NCBI RefSeq assembly: GCF_028368995.1
Contig: NZ_JAQNDL010000001.1
Span: 2,912,001 to 2,976,000 of the forward strand
Source: Nannocystis bainbridge
GTDB taxonomy: Bacteria; Myxococcota_A; Polyangia; Nannocystales; Nannocystaceae
Reading direction: 5' to 3'
DNA: 64,000 nucleotides
A model generated the notes under the pieces. That model had not been told where the DNA came from, did not search any database, and saw only the letters and a program-made list of their open reading frames with translations. The first letter of the stretch is position 1, and each line of letters opens with the position of its first letter. Shown here piece by piece: positions 9,799-19,720 of this stretch. A program made the translations under genes and the position numbers.

Positions 9799-9990
9799 AT
9801 GCCGTAGTGGGAACAGTTGTGTGTCAGTCGCGCCGCCGATCGATCACCGCGGGAAGCCCGCGTCGTCGCGGGCCAAGATGGGTCGAGCTGGCGGCTCGAC
9901 CGTAGTCCTGTCGCCGCGAAATTCGGCTCACGACCCTCCGGCCGGCCGACGAGCCCGTCGCCCCCTCGCTCGAGCATCTTGTTGCACTAG

Positions 9991-10129
9991 CAGGTTGCTG
10001 AAAAAGTCCTGGGCGGCCGAGATCGGCATGTCTCTTCGGACAGAACATGGTCAAATTCGGCCACGTGCGGCACTTATCGAAGACGACCGGGTGGCTTGAC
10101 GAGGCTTCGGCGCGTTTTTCAGCGACCTG
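9991..10129. mobile_element. MITE-like / internally deleted IS remnant with 15-bp terminal inverted repeats
   Basis: CAGGTTGCTGAAAAA (9991-10005) and TTTTTCAGCGACCTG (10115-10129) match at 14/15 positions. Flanks are CTAG and CTCG; no transposase is present. Confidence 0.65.
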
Positions 10130-10336
10130 CTCGAGATCTCAACCGAGCGCCGAGCAGAGGGTCGACAGGATGCCGGTGCCAACCTCACTATCCCGCTGAA
10201 GTTCTACAAGGAAAAGGGCTTGTGTCCCGGCTGTGCCGGTAAAGAGCCGGCCATCCCGCTCAACGAATGGGCCGGTTCGACGACGCTGAAGATCGCCAAT
10301 GGCGAGTCGACCACGGGCTCCGCGTCTCACACCGTT

Positions 10337-11472
10337 TCATGCCAGCGGCGCAGTGTTCGGCGCGAAGTAGGCACGAGCATCGTCGATTGCCTGCGCGGCC
10401 TGAGCTGTGAGCGTCGGGAAGCGCTCGCGGTAGGCGGCAAGCGCCTCGGCCAGATGGCCCTGGCGGATCAGCGCGACGAGGTCGTCCGGCATGCGTGGGC
10501 GGTCACGGTCGCGGCCGTAGAGCGCGTCGTACTCGGCCGTGCGTTCGGCGATCTGTCGGGTCCGCGCGCGGCGGTCGTCTGGCGTGCGACGCTCGTGTTC
10601 GACGAGACGCTCGGCGATCTGACGCGCCAGTGAACCGTGGGCGGCGAACGACTCGCGCTTCGCCGGGCTCTGCAGCTCAGGCACGTAGTTGATGTGCTCG
10701 ATCAGCCGGCAGCTCAGCAGGACCGGCAGCTCGCGGCCGGACTTCGCCAGCTCGATCACGAGCTGCTGCCGACTGTCCGTGTCGTCGAGCTCGTAACCGG
10801 TGAAGCGGTCGAGCCGTGCGAGGGCGGCCGGATCTCCACGCAGCGCGTCATCGAGGAGTCGCTGGAGCGCGGGGAGATCGGCGGGCATTGGGGCTGCCTC
10901 GGCCTCGGCCCGCAGCCGCCGAGCCTGTAGCGCGGCGGCCTTCACCTGCACCGCCCTGGCGTCCGCGAGCTCCGGCAGCGCGGCGGCGGCGAGCACCAGC
11001 ACGTCGATCTGTCCGGGGTCGGGTCGGTCGCCCAGGACGTCATGCAGGGCGACGATCGCCGGCGCCGGGGCGGCGTCCCCTGCGGCGACTCGCCGCTCGA
11101 TCACCGGAATCGCAACCTGCCGATCCAGTGCAGTTGCGACCCCGCGGCGTTGACCGCCCGCCGCTGCGCCGCCACCAGCTCGCGGATCCACGCGGCAAGC
11201 CCGGCGAAGTCGCCGACATCGAGCAGCTCGCGCGTGCGTGTGGCGGTGCGTTTCGGGTCGGCGTCGGCCCAGATGTGAGTGAAGCTGCCGGTCGGGTGGC
11301 TGTACACCGCTCCGTGGGTCGCGTCGGCGAGCGCCTCCGTCCAACTATCGAATTCATCATATGTGTCGTCGCTCAGCCGGCCATTGGCGTGGATCACCGC
11401 GATGACCCGCTCCGCCCACTCGGGTTCGGGCAGTGGATCGTCGGCATCGAGCTCGGCCCACCACAGCGACAT
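10337..11472 (-). pseudogene. Hypothetical protein, probably frameshifted near 11100
   Basis: Protein-like MSLWWAELDADDPL... (ATG 11472) stops at 11101. A protein-like sequence (VALHDVLGDRPDPGQIDVLV...) continues in another frame to 10337. Confidence 0.35.
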
Positions 11473-12744
11473 GCCACCGAAGGTGCCCGACCGGCGCCGG
11501 GCCTCCCACTTGAGCCACTGGGTCCGCTTGCGCAGGAAACGCTCGGGGGACTGCGTGCAGAGGATCGTGAAGCCGATCGACACGAGCGAAAATAACACGG
11601 TAGCGAGCTTCACGAAGACCCTGGTCCGTGCCGGCTCCGACCACGCGACGGCGCGGCTCAGCGGCGACGGCGCGGCCTGGCCCCAGCGCACGCCGATCTC
11701 GGCGGCCGCTGCCAGCTCGAAGCCGCCGAGCCGGAACACCGGCGCGCCTGAAGGAGCGATCAGTTGCACGACGGCGCCGTCGCTCGCGTGCACGCTCATC
11801 GCCGCCTCCACGCGCAGTCCGATGTCGACGCGCAGGTCGGGCGCGAGCGCAAGCGACAGCCCCGGCGTCAGCGACAGCGCGGCGCCCAGCAGCGGCGAGC
11901 CGCTCTGCAGGCGCGCCGCCTCGGTCCGCGCGCCGACCCACCACGGCTCGACGAGGAACGCCGCGCGCGTGCGCAGCTCGAAGCGCCCGCGCCGGAGGCT
12001 GTGACCGAGCGCGACGGACAGGCGCACGCGCCCGAGTCGCAGCCCATCCGCGCGCGCCCCGAGCCCGCGAGCCTCGAAGCCGACGAGCAAGCCGTTGCGG
12101 TGGCGCATCTCGACGCCGACGAAGCCACCGTTGCCGACCGACCCCGCGAGCGCGGCCGGTCGACCGACCCCGAAGGCCGTCACGAGCCCGACGGTCGGCC
12201 CGAGCTCGAACCGCGGCGATGCCGGCTCGCTTCGCTCCGCCACGGGACGCGCGACGACCGGCGGAGGAGGAGGCGGGCACACCTGCGGCGTGCTCGTCGG
12301 GGCCGGCGATTCCGCCGCCACGAGCTTCGGTTCGGGGGGCGGCTCCGGTTCGGCGGTGCCGTCGGCGATCGCCGCCAGCAGGTGCGAAAGCGAGGTCGCC
12401 GCGGCGCGCTCGGGCTCCGCGGCGGTCGCCGACAGGGTCCGCATGAACACCCGCCCGTCGCCGAGCCGCACCGAGATCCGCAGGCCCTCTTCGGCCGCGC
12501 GCTCGATGCGGGCGAGCGTGCAACCTGGCCCGCAGGACAGCTCGCCCTCGGTGTCGACGATCAGCCGCACCCCCGAGATGCGCAGTGCGATCGCCTCGTG
12601 CAGTGCGCCGGTGTCGAGCCCGGCGCCCGCACGCACGACGAGCTCCTCGGCGACCTCTCTCCTCGTCGACGCGCGCGCGTGCGTCCCCGCGAGCAAGCCC
12701 GCGAGGCACACGATCGAGGCATGTACAGCGAGGCGCACGCGCAC
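11101..12744 (-). CDS. Secreted protein with Pro linker and C-terminal beta-barrel-like region (ECF module 1); reads through into downstream ORF
   Basis: GTG start at 12744, signal peptide, Pro-rich linker, and amphipathic strands ending AAEIGVRWG (~11680). Same architecture as 38953-40176. Confidence 0.5.
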   Translation of the reverse strand: MRVRLAVHASIVCLAGLLAGTHARASTRREVAEELVVRAGAGLDTGALHEAIALRISGVRLIVDTEGELSCGPGCTLARIERAAEEGLRISVRLGDGRVFMRTLSATAAEPERAAATSLSHLLAAIADGTAEPEPPPEPKLVAAESPAPTSTPQVCPPPPPPVVARPVAERSEPASPRFELGPTVGLVTAFGVGRPAALAGSVGNGGFVGVEMRHRNGLLVGFEARGLGARADGLRLGRVRLSVALGHSLRRGRFELRTRAAFLVEPWWVGARTEAARLQSGSPLLGAALSLTPGLSLALAPDLRVDIGLRVEAAMSVHASDGAVVQLIAPSGAPVFRLGGFELAAAAEIGVRWGQAAPSPLSRAVAWSEPARTRVFVKLATVLFSLVSIGFTILCTQSPERFLRKRTQWLKWEARRRSGTFGGMSLWWAELDADDPLPEPEWAERVIAVIHANGRLSDDTYDEFDSWTEALADATHGAVYSHPTGSFTHIWADADPKRTATRTRELLDVGDFAGLAAWIRELVAAQRRAVNAAGSQLHWIGRLRFR

Positions 12745-12761
12745 CGTGCCTGTCCTTCCGG

Positions 12762-13277
12762 TCAGCCGCCCCAGGAGGTCCCGCCGGTCTCCGCGCCGGA
12801 GGAGGTCTCGCCGTAGGTCTCTTCGACGATGCCGGTGGTGGTCGACGGACCCTCGCCGTCGGTCTCCTCGTCGATGCCGGTGGTGCTCGTGGTCGTCATA
12901 CCCTGGCCGCCGCTCTCCTCGCCGATGAGGGTGGTGCCGGACTCCTCGCCGCTGGTGCCGGAGGTCGTCGTACCCTGGCCGCCGCTCTCCTCGCCGATGA
13001 GGGTGGTGCCGGACTCGTCGACGGTGGTGACGAGGGTGGTGGTGCCGGACTCCTCGCCGGTGCTGACGAGGGTGGTGGTGCCCTCCCACCCGCTGCCCGA
13101 GGTCGTGCTCGAGACATCCGGCTGTCCGCTGGTCCCCGAGCCGCCTTCGGAGTCGCTCTCGCTCACCGAATCGTCGTCGTCATCGCCGTCGGAGATGTGG
13201 ATGTTGATCACATCGCAAGCGACAAGACCGTGCGCTACTACCAGCGCCGCGAGGGCGCGAAAGAACGAATTCAACAT
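12762..13277 (-). CDS. Ser/Thr/Glu/Gly-rich lipoprotein
   Basis: RBS-like AGGAG upstream; MLNSFFRALAALVVAHGLVAC lipobox; repeated EESGTT(T)L and GEESGGQG units. Confidence 0.7.
   Translation of the reverse strand: MLNSFFRALAALVVAHGLVACDVINIHISDGDDDDDSVSESDSEGGSGTSGQPDVSSTTSGSGWEGTTTLVSTGEESGTTTLVTTVDESGTTLIGEESGGQGTTTSGTSGEESGTTLIGEESGGQGMTTTSTTGIDEETDGEGPSTTTGIVEETYGETSSGAETGGTSWGG
12901..13016. repeat. Intragenic direct repeat, 72-bp period
   Basis: ccctggccgccgctctcctcgccgatgagggtggtgccggactc occurs at 12901 and 12973. Confidence 0.8.
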
Positions 13278-13320
13278 TGCTGTCCTACTCCTGGCCGCGT
13301 TCTCGGCGGCTCGTCCTTGA

Positions 13321-13347
13321 GTACCGGACGCCGGCGTCGGCATTACA
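13321..13347 (-). promoter_or_regulatory. Putative ECF promoter, copy 2 (TGTAATG-N14-CGGTAC)
   Basis: Minus-strand TGTAATGccgacgccggcgtcCGGTAC upstream of the lipoprotein; same boxes and spacing as 14995-15021. Confidence 0.55.
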
Positions 13348-13354
13348 GGCGCCT

Positions 13355-14350
13355 TCAAAGTTCTTCGCCTCCGCGAGGGCCGCGAGCTTCGCCCGCGTGT
13401 GCGCCTTCGGGCCATGTCCCGAGGTACAGGTCCCAGCACGCGCTCGCCTCGCCCTTCGGCGCGCGACGGCACAGACCGACCCGCGCGTCCTCGGCGTAGA
13501 GCCCGCGCGGGAAGCGGTCGAGGTAGCGCTGCCACAGCCGCGTCAGCGCCCGCAGATCGTCGGCCTGGCGCGCCAGCACGAACAGGTCGCCGTAGGCCAG
13601 CTCGATCGTCGCCGCCGTTGCGTCGCTGCGGACGAGCGCCGACAGCAACGCGCGCGCCTCCTCCGTGTCGCCGCGCCGCCACGCCTCGCGCGCCGCTCGA
13701 TCGAGGGCGACCCACGCGGCCTCGTCCGTCGTGGTCTCGGTCGGCCGTGGCTCGACGCACCGACGCGGCGTCGCTTCGCGGCGTCGAGTTGGCTCTCCGG
13801 CCTCGACCGGGCGTTCATCGTCCGCGAGCGTCGCCGCCGCGGGCGCTTCGGCGGGCACCGGCGCCGCAACCTCGCCGTCCGTCTTGACGGGCATGTCCTT
13901 CGAGACATGTCTCGATGAACCAGGCGCCGGCCCGGCGGTCGGGCTGGTCGAGGTCGGCGAGGGCGCGACCAGCGGCGCAGCGATCGCCGTCGCCGAGCCC
14001 TCGGTCCTGCGGGCCTGCGTCGCCGCGCCCGCGAACGCGCCCACGAGCAGCAGGCCCGCCGCGGCCGCCATCAGCCAGCCGAACCGTCGCCGCGGCGTCG
14101 TCGCGGGCGCCGCGGTCCGGACGTCGTCGTTGGCGAGCGCAGGGGCCCGCCGTGGCCGCGGCAGCGCGACCACCGGGGCGAATCTCGCCGCCTCGGCGAC
14201 TGCCTCACGGGACAGGTTCGTCGGGTCGATCGCGTGCGCCCGGGCGATCATCGCCGCGAAGTCGCGCTTGCGGCCGCCGCGGTCCGCCTCCGCGCGCACC
14301 GCTTCACGCGCGTCGCCGACAAGCTCGTCGAGCGGATCTTCCAGGTGCAT
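13355..14350 (-). CDS. Membrane-anchored anti-sigma-like protein with C-terminal TPR
   Basis: ATGA-coupled to the sigma gene; TM segment FGWLMAAAAGLLLVGAFAG, Pro/Ala linker, and TPR-like WQRYLDRFPRGLYAEDA. Confidence 0.65.
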   Translation of the reverse strand: MHLEDPLDELVGDAREAVRAEADRGGRKRDFAAMIARAHAIDPTNLSREAVAEAARFAPVVALPRPRRAPALANDDVRTAAPATTPRRRFGWLMAAAAGLLLVGAFAGAATQARRTEGSATAIAAPLVAPSPTSTSPTAGPAPGSSRHVSKDMPVKTDGEVAAPVPAEAPAAATLADDERPVEAGEPTRRREATPRRCVEPRPTETTTDEAAWVALDRAAREAWRRGDTEEARALLSALVRSDATAATIELAYGDLFVLARQADDLRALTRLWQRYLDRFPRGLYAEDARVGLCRRAPKGEASACWDLYLGTWPEGAHAGEARGPRGGEEL

Positions 14351-14982
14351 CAGCCTGCCTCCTCCGTCTTCGCCGTCAACCATCCGCCGCGGGTCAACGC
14401 CTCGCGGACCTTCTCTCGCGCGCGGAACACCCGCACGGCCATGGTGTTCGCCGTCACTCCGGCGCGCGCGGCCGCCTCGACCATCGACAGCTCCTCGAGC
14501 TCGCGCAGCACGAACGCTTCGCGCATCGGCTCGCTCAGCTCGGTGAGCGCGGCGTACAGCGCCTGCTTGCGCGCCTGCTGCAGGTGCACGAGCGCCACGT
14601 CGGGTCCGACGCGCAGCGCCTCGATGTCCGCCAAACGCCGCTCGGCGCGTCTCTGCGTCTGGCGCTCGCGGATGAAGTTGCGCGCCACATTCAGCGCGAT
14701 GCCGAAGAGCCACGTCGAGAACGCCGCGCGCCCGTCGAAGCTCGGCAGCACTACCACCGCACGGGCGAAGGTCTCCTGCGTGAGATCCTCGGCCACCGAC
14801 GCCTCGCCGAGGTAGAAGCACAGCCGCTTGAAGATCCGCTCGTAGTGGCGGTGATACAGATCCGACCACGCGCGCATGTCGCCGCCGCGGACGAGCTCGA
14901 CGAGTTCGCCGACGCCCTCGCCGGCCGGCGCACGCGCGGCTTCCGGGACACGCGACGCAGGGGACAGGGAGCTCGCGGCCAT
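14350..14982 (-). CDS. ECF RNA polymerase sigma factor
   Basis: AEDLTQETF, FDGRAAFSTWLFGIALN and REAFVLRELEELSMVEAA..TMAVRVFRAR; GGAGGGG RBS. Confidence 0.92.
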   Translation of the reverse strand: MAASSLSPASRVPEAARAPAGEGVGELVELVRGGDMRAWSDLYHRHYERIFKRLCFYLGEASVAEDLTQETFARAVVVLPSFDGRAAFSTWLFGIALNVARNFIRERQTQRRAERRLADIEALRVGPDVALVHLQQARKQALYAALTELSEPMREAFVLRELEELSMVEAAARAGVTANTMAVRVFRAREKVREALTRGGWLTAKTEEAG

Positions 14983-14994
14983 CGCGTCCCCTCC

Positions 14995-15021
14995 GTAACG
15001 CGAGACGGCCCGGTCATTACA
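14995..15021 (-). promoter_or_regulatory. Putative ECF promoter, copy 1 (TGTAATG-N14-CGTTAC)
   Basis: Minus-strand TGTAATGaccgggccgtctcgCGTTAC directly upstream of the sigma RBS. Confidence 0.55.
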
Positions 15022-15555
15022 TCGAGAAGTTGCCAGCGGCATCTTCGCGTGCTCCCCGCGCCTGCGGGGCCGGCGCCTGCGCCGGCCGTCAAGTTCTGCC
15101 CGCGTCGCGGGGAAGCTGGAGCGACGAAACCGGGACGATGGATTGCAAGTCGTCGCGTCGCAATGTCAGCAACACCGACTGGGCCGAGGCGCTGACCATC
15201 CACGTCTCACCGCCCGGTCGCGCAAGTCGAGGACCACCACGCCCGGCGGAACGTCAGGGCGGGTCACGGCCAGCCAGGCTTCAACGTCGGCCAGGTCGCT
15301 GCCCTTGGGTGCACCCCGCTCTCGGAAGCCCTCGCGGGCCTCGATCGCTTCGGCGCGAGCGCGCGCTCGGTCGGGTGGCGATGAGCGCCCATCCCGACGC
15401 ATGTTCGCCGCAGCGTGAGCCGCGCGATGCAATGCAGCGAACGGTCCGAGATAGAGCGTCGCCCCGCAATTTCTTGGTCCGCGCCGGCGACTCCACGACC
15501 GAGCGACGCGACGATGGCCGACGGGCTGCCTCGCTTCGCCATAGAAGGCTTTTTT

Positions 15556-16236
15556 ATGCGTTCCAAGACTTACAAACTGACCCTTTCCTTCCTGCTGTTC
15601 TCCCTCGGCGCCTGCGACGAAAAAGGCGGGACGGAGAGCGACTCCGCCAGCGCCTCCGACTCGGACACCACGACCTCGACCGGCGGTGAGCAGCCGACGA
15701 GCGGCGCGACGACGGAGGACCCTACCGGCGGCGAGCCGAGCGAGACCGAGACCACGGGCGCGGCCGATCCCGACATCGCTGGCCTGTGCCAGGCGAGCTG
15801 CGAGCACGAGATCGAGTGCGGGGTGGATCTCGAATTATCGGAGTGCGTCGCCGAGTGCGCCGCGAACTTTGAAGACCTGACCGGCGATTGCATCGATACG
15901 TTGGCGAGCACGATCCTCTGCGTGAACGGCCTGAGCTGCCAGGATTCTCACGGCTCTCTCGAGGACACCCCTTGCCACGACCTGGCGGTGGCCACGGACA
16001 TCTGCTTCGGCGAGACGCCCGTCGACCCGGACTGCCTCGGGAGCATCGATTGGGAGGATCCAGGTTGCTCGGTGAACCTCGAGTGCCCCGACGCTCCGAC
16101 GCAGTCGTTCGTGTGCGACGCCGATGTCTGCAGGTGCCTCGTGGGTGACATGGAGGTCGGCCAGTGCGCGGCCGACAACGTCTGCATCGACGGCGACGTG
16201 ATCCTCAAGCAGGAGCAGTGCTGCCCGTTCGGGTGA
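15556..16236 (+). CDS. Cys-rich myxobacterial lipoprotein
   Basis: Lipobox LGAC, acidic S/T linker, and many Cys (CQASCEHEIEC...CVAEC). Confidence 0.75.
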   Translation: MRSKTYKLTLSFLLFSLGACDEKGGTESDSASASDSDTTTSTGGEQPTSGATTEDPTGGEPSETETTGAADPDIAGLCQASCEHEIECGVDLELSECVAECAANFEDLTGDCIDTLASTILCVNGLSCQDSHGSLEDTPCHDLAVATDICFGETPVDPDCLGSIDWEDPGCSVNLECPDAPTQSFVCDADVCRCLVGDMEVGQCAADNVCIDGDVILKQEQCCPFG

Positions 16237-16482
16237 GGCGAATCCTCGGCACCGGCGATCCGGGGGGCTCGACTTCGATGGCGCGCTCGACGCCCATCAG
16301 TGTCACTGCTGCGAGGGCGATGCCGGGCGCCCGACCGGGAGGACACTAAGACGAGCAACACTGGGGTAGACTCGAGCGCACGAGGTGCCGCGCCCGCCGC
16401 CCGCATCACGCGCAAACGCTCCGTTCCTCGCCCCTCCTCTGTCCCGTTCACGCCGAGCCAGACCCTTCCACCGAGCGCTCTC

Positions 16483-17349
16483 ATGCCCTCCGATCGGCTG
16501 TCACGGCTCCGCGCCCACCTCGCCTGCGAAGGCTCTCGCAACATCGTGGAGCGGCAGGGCTGCTTTCATCAGATCCTTCGGCTCTTCAACGAATGGCGGG
16601 CCGGGCCCGACCGGGACGAGGCGTTCGCGGAGGCCCGGCGCGAGCTGCATCGGTGGTCCCATCTCTTTCGCGAAGCGCACGCATTGGCCGGCGAGAGCCT
16701 CGTCTACGACGAGGCAGCCAGGAGCGTGCGTGACACGCTCGGATTGGTTCGTTCGCTGCGGGTGCGGCGATACGACGACGACGACAGCGCGCCGCCGCTG
16801 TCGGCGATTCTGCGCAGCCCGCACGCACGCGAGCTCTCGATGCTCCACGTCAGCGGCACGCCGATCTCGTTCGAAGAGCTGGCGCGTGGACCGGGTGCCG
16901 CGCAGCTCGGCGCGCTCGTCCTCAACGGCGCGGTCGCGGGCGATGCACCGTGGGAAGCGCTCGAGCGCTGGCCTGGCCTCGCCACGCTGCAGTTCCTCCA
17001 GATCGCTGGCGCTTCGGCCGAGAGCTGTTCGTCGGAGCGTCTGTGGGCGCTGCTCGAGCACGCGCCGGTGTTCGCCAGCCTCCACGTTCAGCCGCTCGAC
17101 TTCGATCGCTTCATGGACGGCGTCGACGCTCATCCTGCGGTCGCGCATCGGCTGGAGCAGCTCTCGCTCCGGCAATGTCAGCTCCGGGACGACCATCTCC
17201 CGCGGCTGATCGCCGCGACCGCGCTCGATCGCCTCGCTACGCTCGACCTGCGCCAGAACAGCCAGATCACTTGCGCTGGCCTGGCCGCGCTGCGAAGGGC
17301 GGCTCATTTCAGGCGCGGGACGATCCTCATCGATCGCGACTGCCCCTGA
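16483..17349 (+). CDS. Leucine-rich-repeat-like hypothetical protein
   Basis: LEQLSLRQCQLRDDHL, LATLDLRQNSQIT and LSMLHVSGT repeats. Confidence 0.55.
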   Translation: MPSDRLSRLRAHLACEGSRNIVERQGCFHQILRLFNEWRAGPDRDEAFAEARRELHRWSHLFREAHALAGESLVYDEAARSVRDTLGLVRSLRVRRYDDDDSAPPLSAILRSPHARELSMLHVSGTPISFEELARGPGAAQLGALVLNGAVAGDAPWEALERWPGLATLQFLQIAGASAESCSSERLWALLEHAPVFASLHVQPLDFDRFMDGVDAHPAVAHRLEQLSLRQCQLRDDHLPRLIAATALDRLATLDLRQNSQITCAGLAALRRAAHFRRGTILIDRDCP

Positions 17350-17384
17350 CGCCCCGTCGCGGGTGCGCAGCCCCGCGAGCAGCC

Positions 17385-17404
17385 GCTCCCCGCAAGCGGG
17401 GAGC
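17385..17404. terminator. GC-rich hairpin between convergent genes
   Basis: GCTCCCCGC-AA-GCGGGGAGC perfect 9-bp stem. Confidence 0.45.
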
Positions 17405-17533
17405 TGAGTCGCCGCGCCATCGGCTGGCCGTCGCGGAGGCGCAGCCCCGCGAGCGACGGCTCCCCGCGAACCGAGAGCACGGTGCCAGGCGCGGCCCGGC
17501 CGTGACTCGTGCTCTCGCTCGCTACCGACAACA

Positions 17534-19063
17534 TCACTGGAGCAGCGGCGGCGGCTTGACCGTCTTGGTGTCCGTCAGCGTCTTGAGGTACGCGACGATC
17601 GCGGCCTCCTCCGTGAGCGTCAGGCCGAGGTCGCCGATCACGAAGCCGATGGCGAGCGTGCCCTGCTCCTCCGGCTCGGGCCAGCATTTCGCCGCCAGCG
17701 CCTCCGCTTCGGTCCAGTCCGTCTTGGCCGGGTCGCACCGCGTGACCCCGAAGGCGGCCGCGGTGGTACCGTCGACGTCCGCGGTGTTGTAGAAGTGGAC
17801 GAGGCTCTCGAGGCTCTTGAACCATCCGTTGTGGGTGTAGGCCTTGACGAAGCTCTTGGACGGGCGCTTGTCGACGTTGCGCAGGGTCGGGGTCTTGTGC
17901 TGCCCGAGCCTCACGGTCGGATCGTCGTCCGGGTCGACGATCACCAGGGGGCGAGCGCCGAGGCCCGGGCTGCCGTCCGGGCCCGGGATCTTGGCATTGC
18001 GCGGCACGCCGATGTTGTGGAAGACGGCGTCGGTGTAGAGCTCGTCCGGATCGAGGCCGGCCCGGTTGGGATCGGGGAAGACGGCCAACGGCTCGTTGCT
18101 GTGACAGACCGCGCAGCCGGCCCTGCCGTAGAACAGCTCGTGCCCGAGGTTCTCCTGGGCCGTCAGGCCCTTGAGCGGGAACGCCACATTCACGCCTTCC
18201 AGCTTGACCTCGGCCGCGAGGGCCTTGTCCCGCTTCGAGCTGAACTGGTTGACCTCGTCCGAGGCTTGCCAGGCCGCGAGCGCCACCGCGATCCGCTTGA
18301 AGCTGAGCGCGAAGCCGGCGTTGGTGCAGTCGATCTTCTCGCCCCAGGCCACCCGGTACAGCAATGCGTACACCGACTTCGAGACGTGGGTGCACACCGC
18401 CTTCTGGCTGATGTTCTGCTCGAGCGGGTTCGGGAACGGCTGCAGCGCCTGATCGGCCACCGGACCCAGGAAGTCCGCGAACAGGTCCTCGAGGGGGGCG
18501 CTGTTCTTGAACACCTCGGCGCCGATATGGGTCGTCGCCCCGCCGAACAGCGGCCCCACGTTGCCCTCGGCGCGGCCGTCCCAGAAGAGGCCGCCGCAGG
18601 GCAAGGCGAGCGGACCACACCCGGGCTGCAGCGGGATGTTGCGCGCGTAGGCGTTGCTGGGCGGCCTGATGGTGCCCACCGCGCCCTTGGCCGCGCCCGG
18701 GGCCGCCACTTGCGCCTTGTTGATCTTGGTGTCGGGGAAGGTCCAGCCGGCGGCCGGGTCATGGCAGCTGATGCAGCCTTGCTTCTTCGCCGGCACCGAG
18801 ATCTTGTCGAAGAAGACGAACTTGCCGAGCTGCTTCAGGCTCAGCTCCCGCAAGTTCAAGGAGCGAGCGGTCGGGACCTCGCCGTCGAACAGCAGCTCGA
18901 GCGGCACCTCCGGCGTTTCGTCGGCCGCGAACTCGGCGCTGACGCCGGTTTCGGTGACGAGCTCCGGCTCGTCCTCCGGCTGGACGCTGTCACACTGTAA
19001 AAAACCTGCGAGCGGGCTCGCCAATAGCGAGCCGATCACGATCCCGTGCATATGAATGGACAT
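17534..19063 (-). CDS. Di-heme cytochrome c peroxidase family protein (bCcP/MauG-like)
   Basis: LGKFVFFD, CISCH, LFWDGRA, QALQPFPNPLEQ, CAVCH, FHNIGVP, KTPTLRNV and YTHNG. Confidence 0.9.
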   Translation of the reverse strand: MSIHMHGIVIGSLLASPLAGFLQCDSVQPEDEPELVTETGVSAEFAADETPEVPLELLFDGEVPTARSLNLRELSLKQLGKFVFFDKISVPAKKQGCISCHDPAAGWTFPDTKINKAQVAAPGAAKGAVGTIRPPSNAYARNIPLQPGCGPLALPCGGLFWDGRAEGNVGPLFGGATTHIGAEVFKNSAPLEDLFADFLGPVADQALQPFPNPLEQNISQKAVCTHVSKSVYALLYRVAWGEKIDCTNAGFALSFKRIAVALAAWQASDEVNQFSSKRDKALAAEVKLEGVNVAFPLKGLTAQENLGHELFYGRAGCAVCHSNEPLAVFPDPNRAGLDPDELYTDAVFHNIGVPRNAKIPGPDGSPGLGARPLVIVDPDDDPTVRLGQHKTPTLRNVDKRPSKSFVKAYTHNGWFKSLESLVHFYNTADVDGTTAAAFGVTRCDPAKTDWTEAEALAAKCWPEPEEQGTLAIGFVIGDLGLTLTEEAAIVAYLKTLTDTKTVKPPPLLQ

Positions 19064-19720
19064 ACTCGGAACTACCCTCCGTACAACTCTGGCCCGATCT
19101 ACCGGCTACCCCGACGATGTGGGGAATCCACCTGCCTGGCAAGCCGTGGAGGTGCTGGCTATCACCCGTACAGCCACCCCCCGGCGGCAAGAATCGCCGC
19201 AGGACCTCGTTCGCTCCGCCCCATTGCCCGACCGATCGCGGCCGTCGCAAAACTGTGCGCCGACGCGGTCGCGTCCTGTCACGATCGCATGGGCAACGCG
19301 CTCTGCCAGGGCTCCGATCGCCGAATCGGCGTTCGTGCGGTCATGCGTGCGTCACAAGATCCGGAGCCGCATGGACACGACGCGAGCACCATCCGCTCGT
19401 AGCGTCCGACTCTCAATTGCGGATTGGGTATATCGCGACAACCACGCCGAGCGGCCAGGCACGATTGCCGGCAGCGCACGTGCGAGCCCTGGAGCAGCGG
19501 GCTGCGCTCGCTCGGGGCCGTGGATGGTCCGGGGCGGCGCCGCGCGGGCACTCGCACGCTGGCGCGCAGCGCCCACGCTCGCGCCGTGGTGCGTCCAGCC
19601 TCACTTCGGGCCGCGGCCAGAGCTCCACCGGTTCAGGGCGCTCTCGGTGGCGTGACCGACGTAAAAGACCCTGTCCGAACGGCGACGAGCTCGGGCGACC
19701 TTCGGCGTCGCGGCAGGGCG

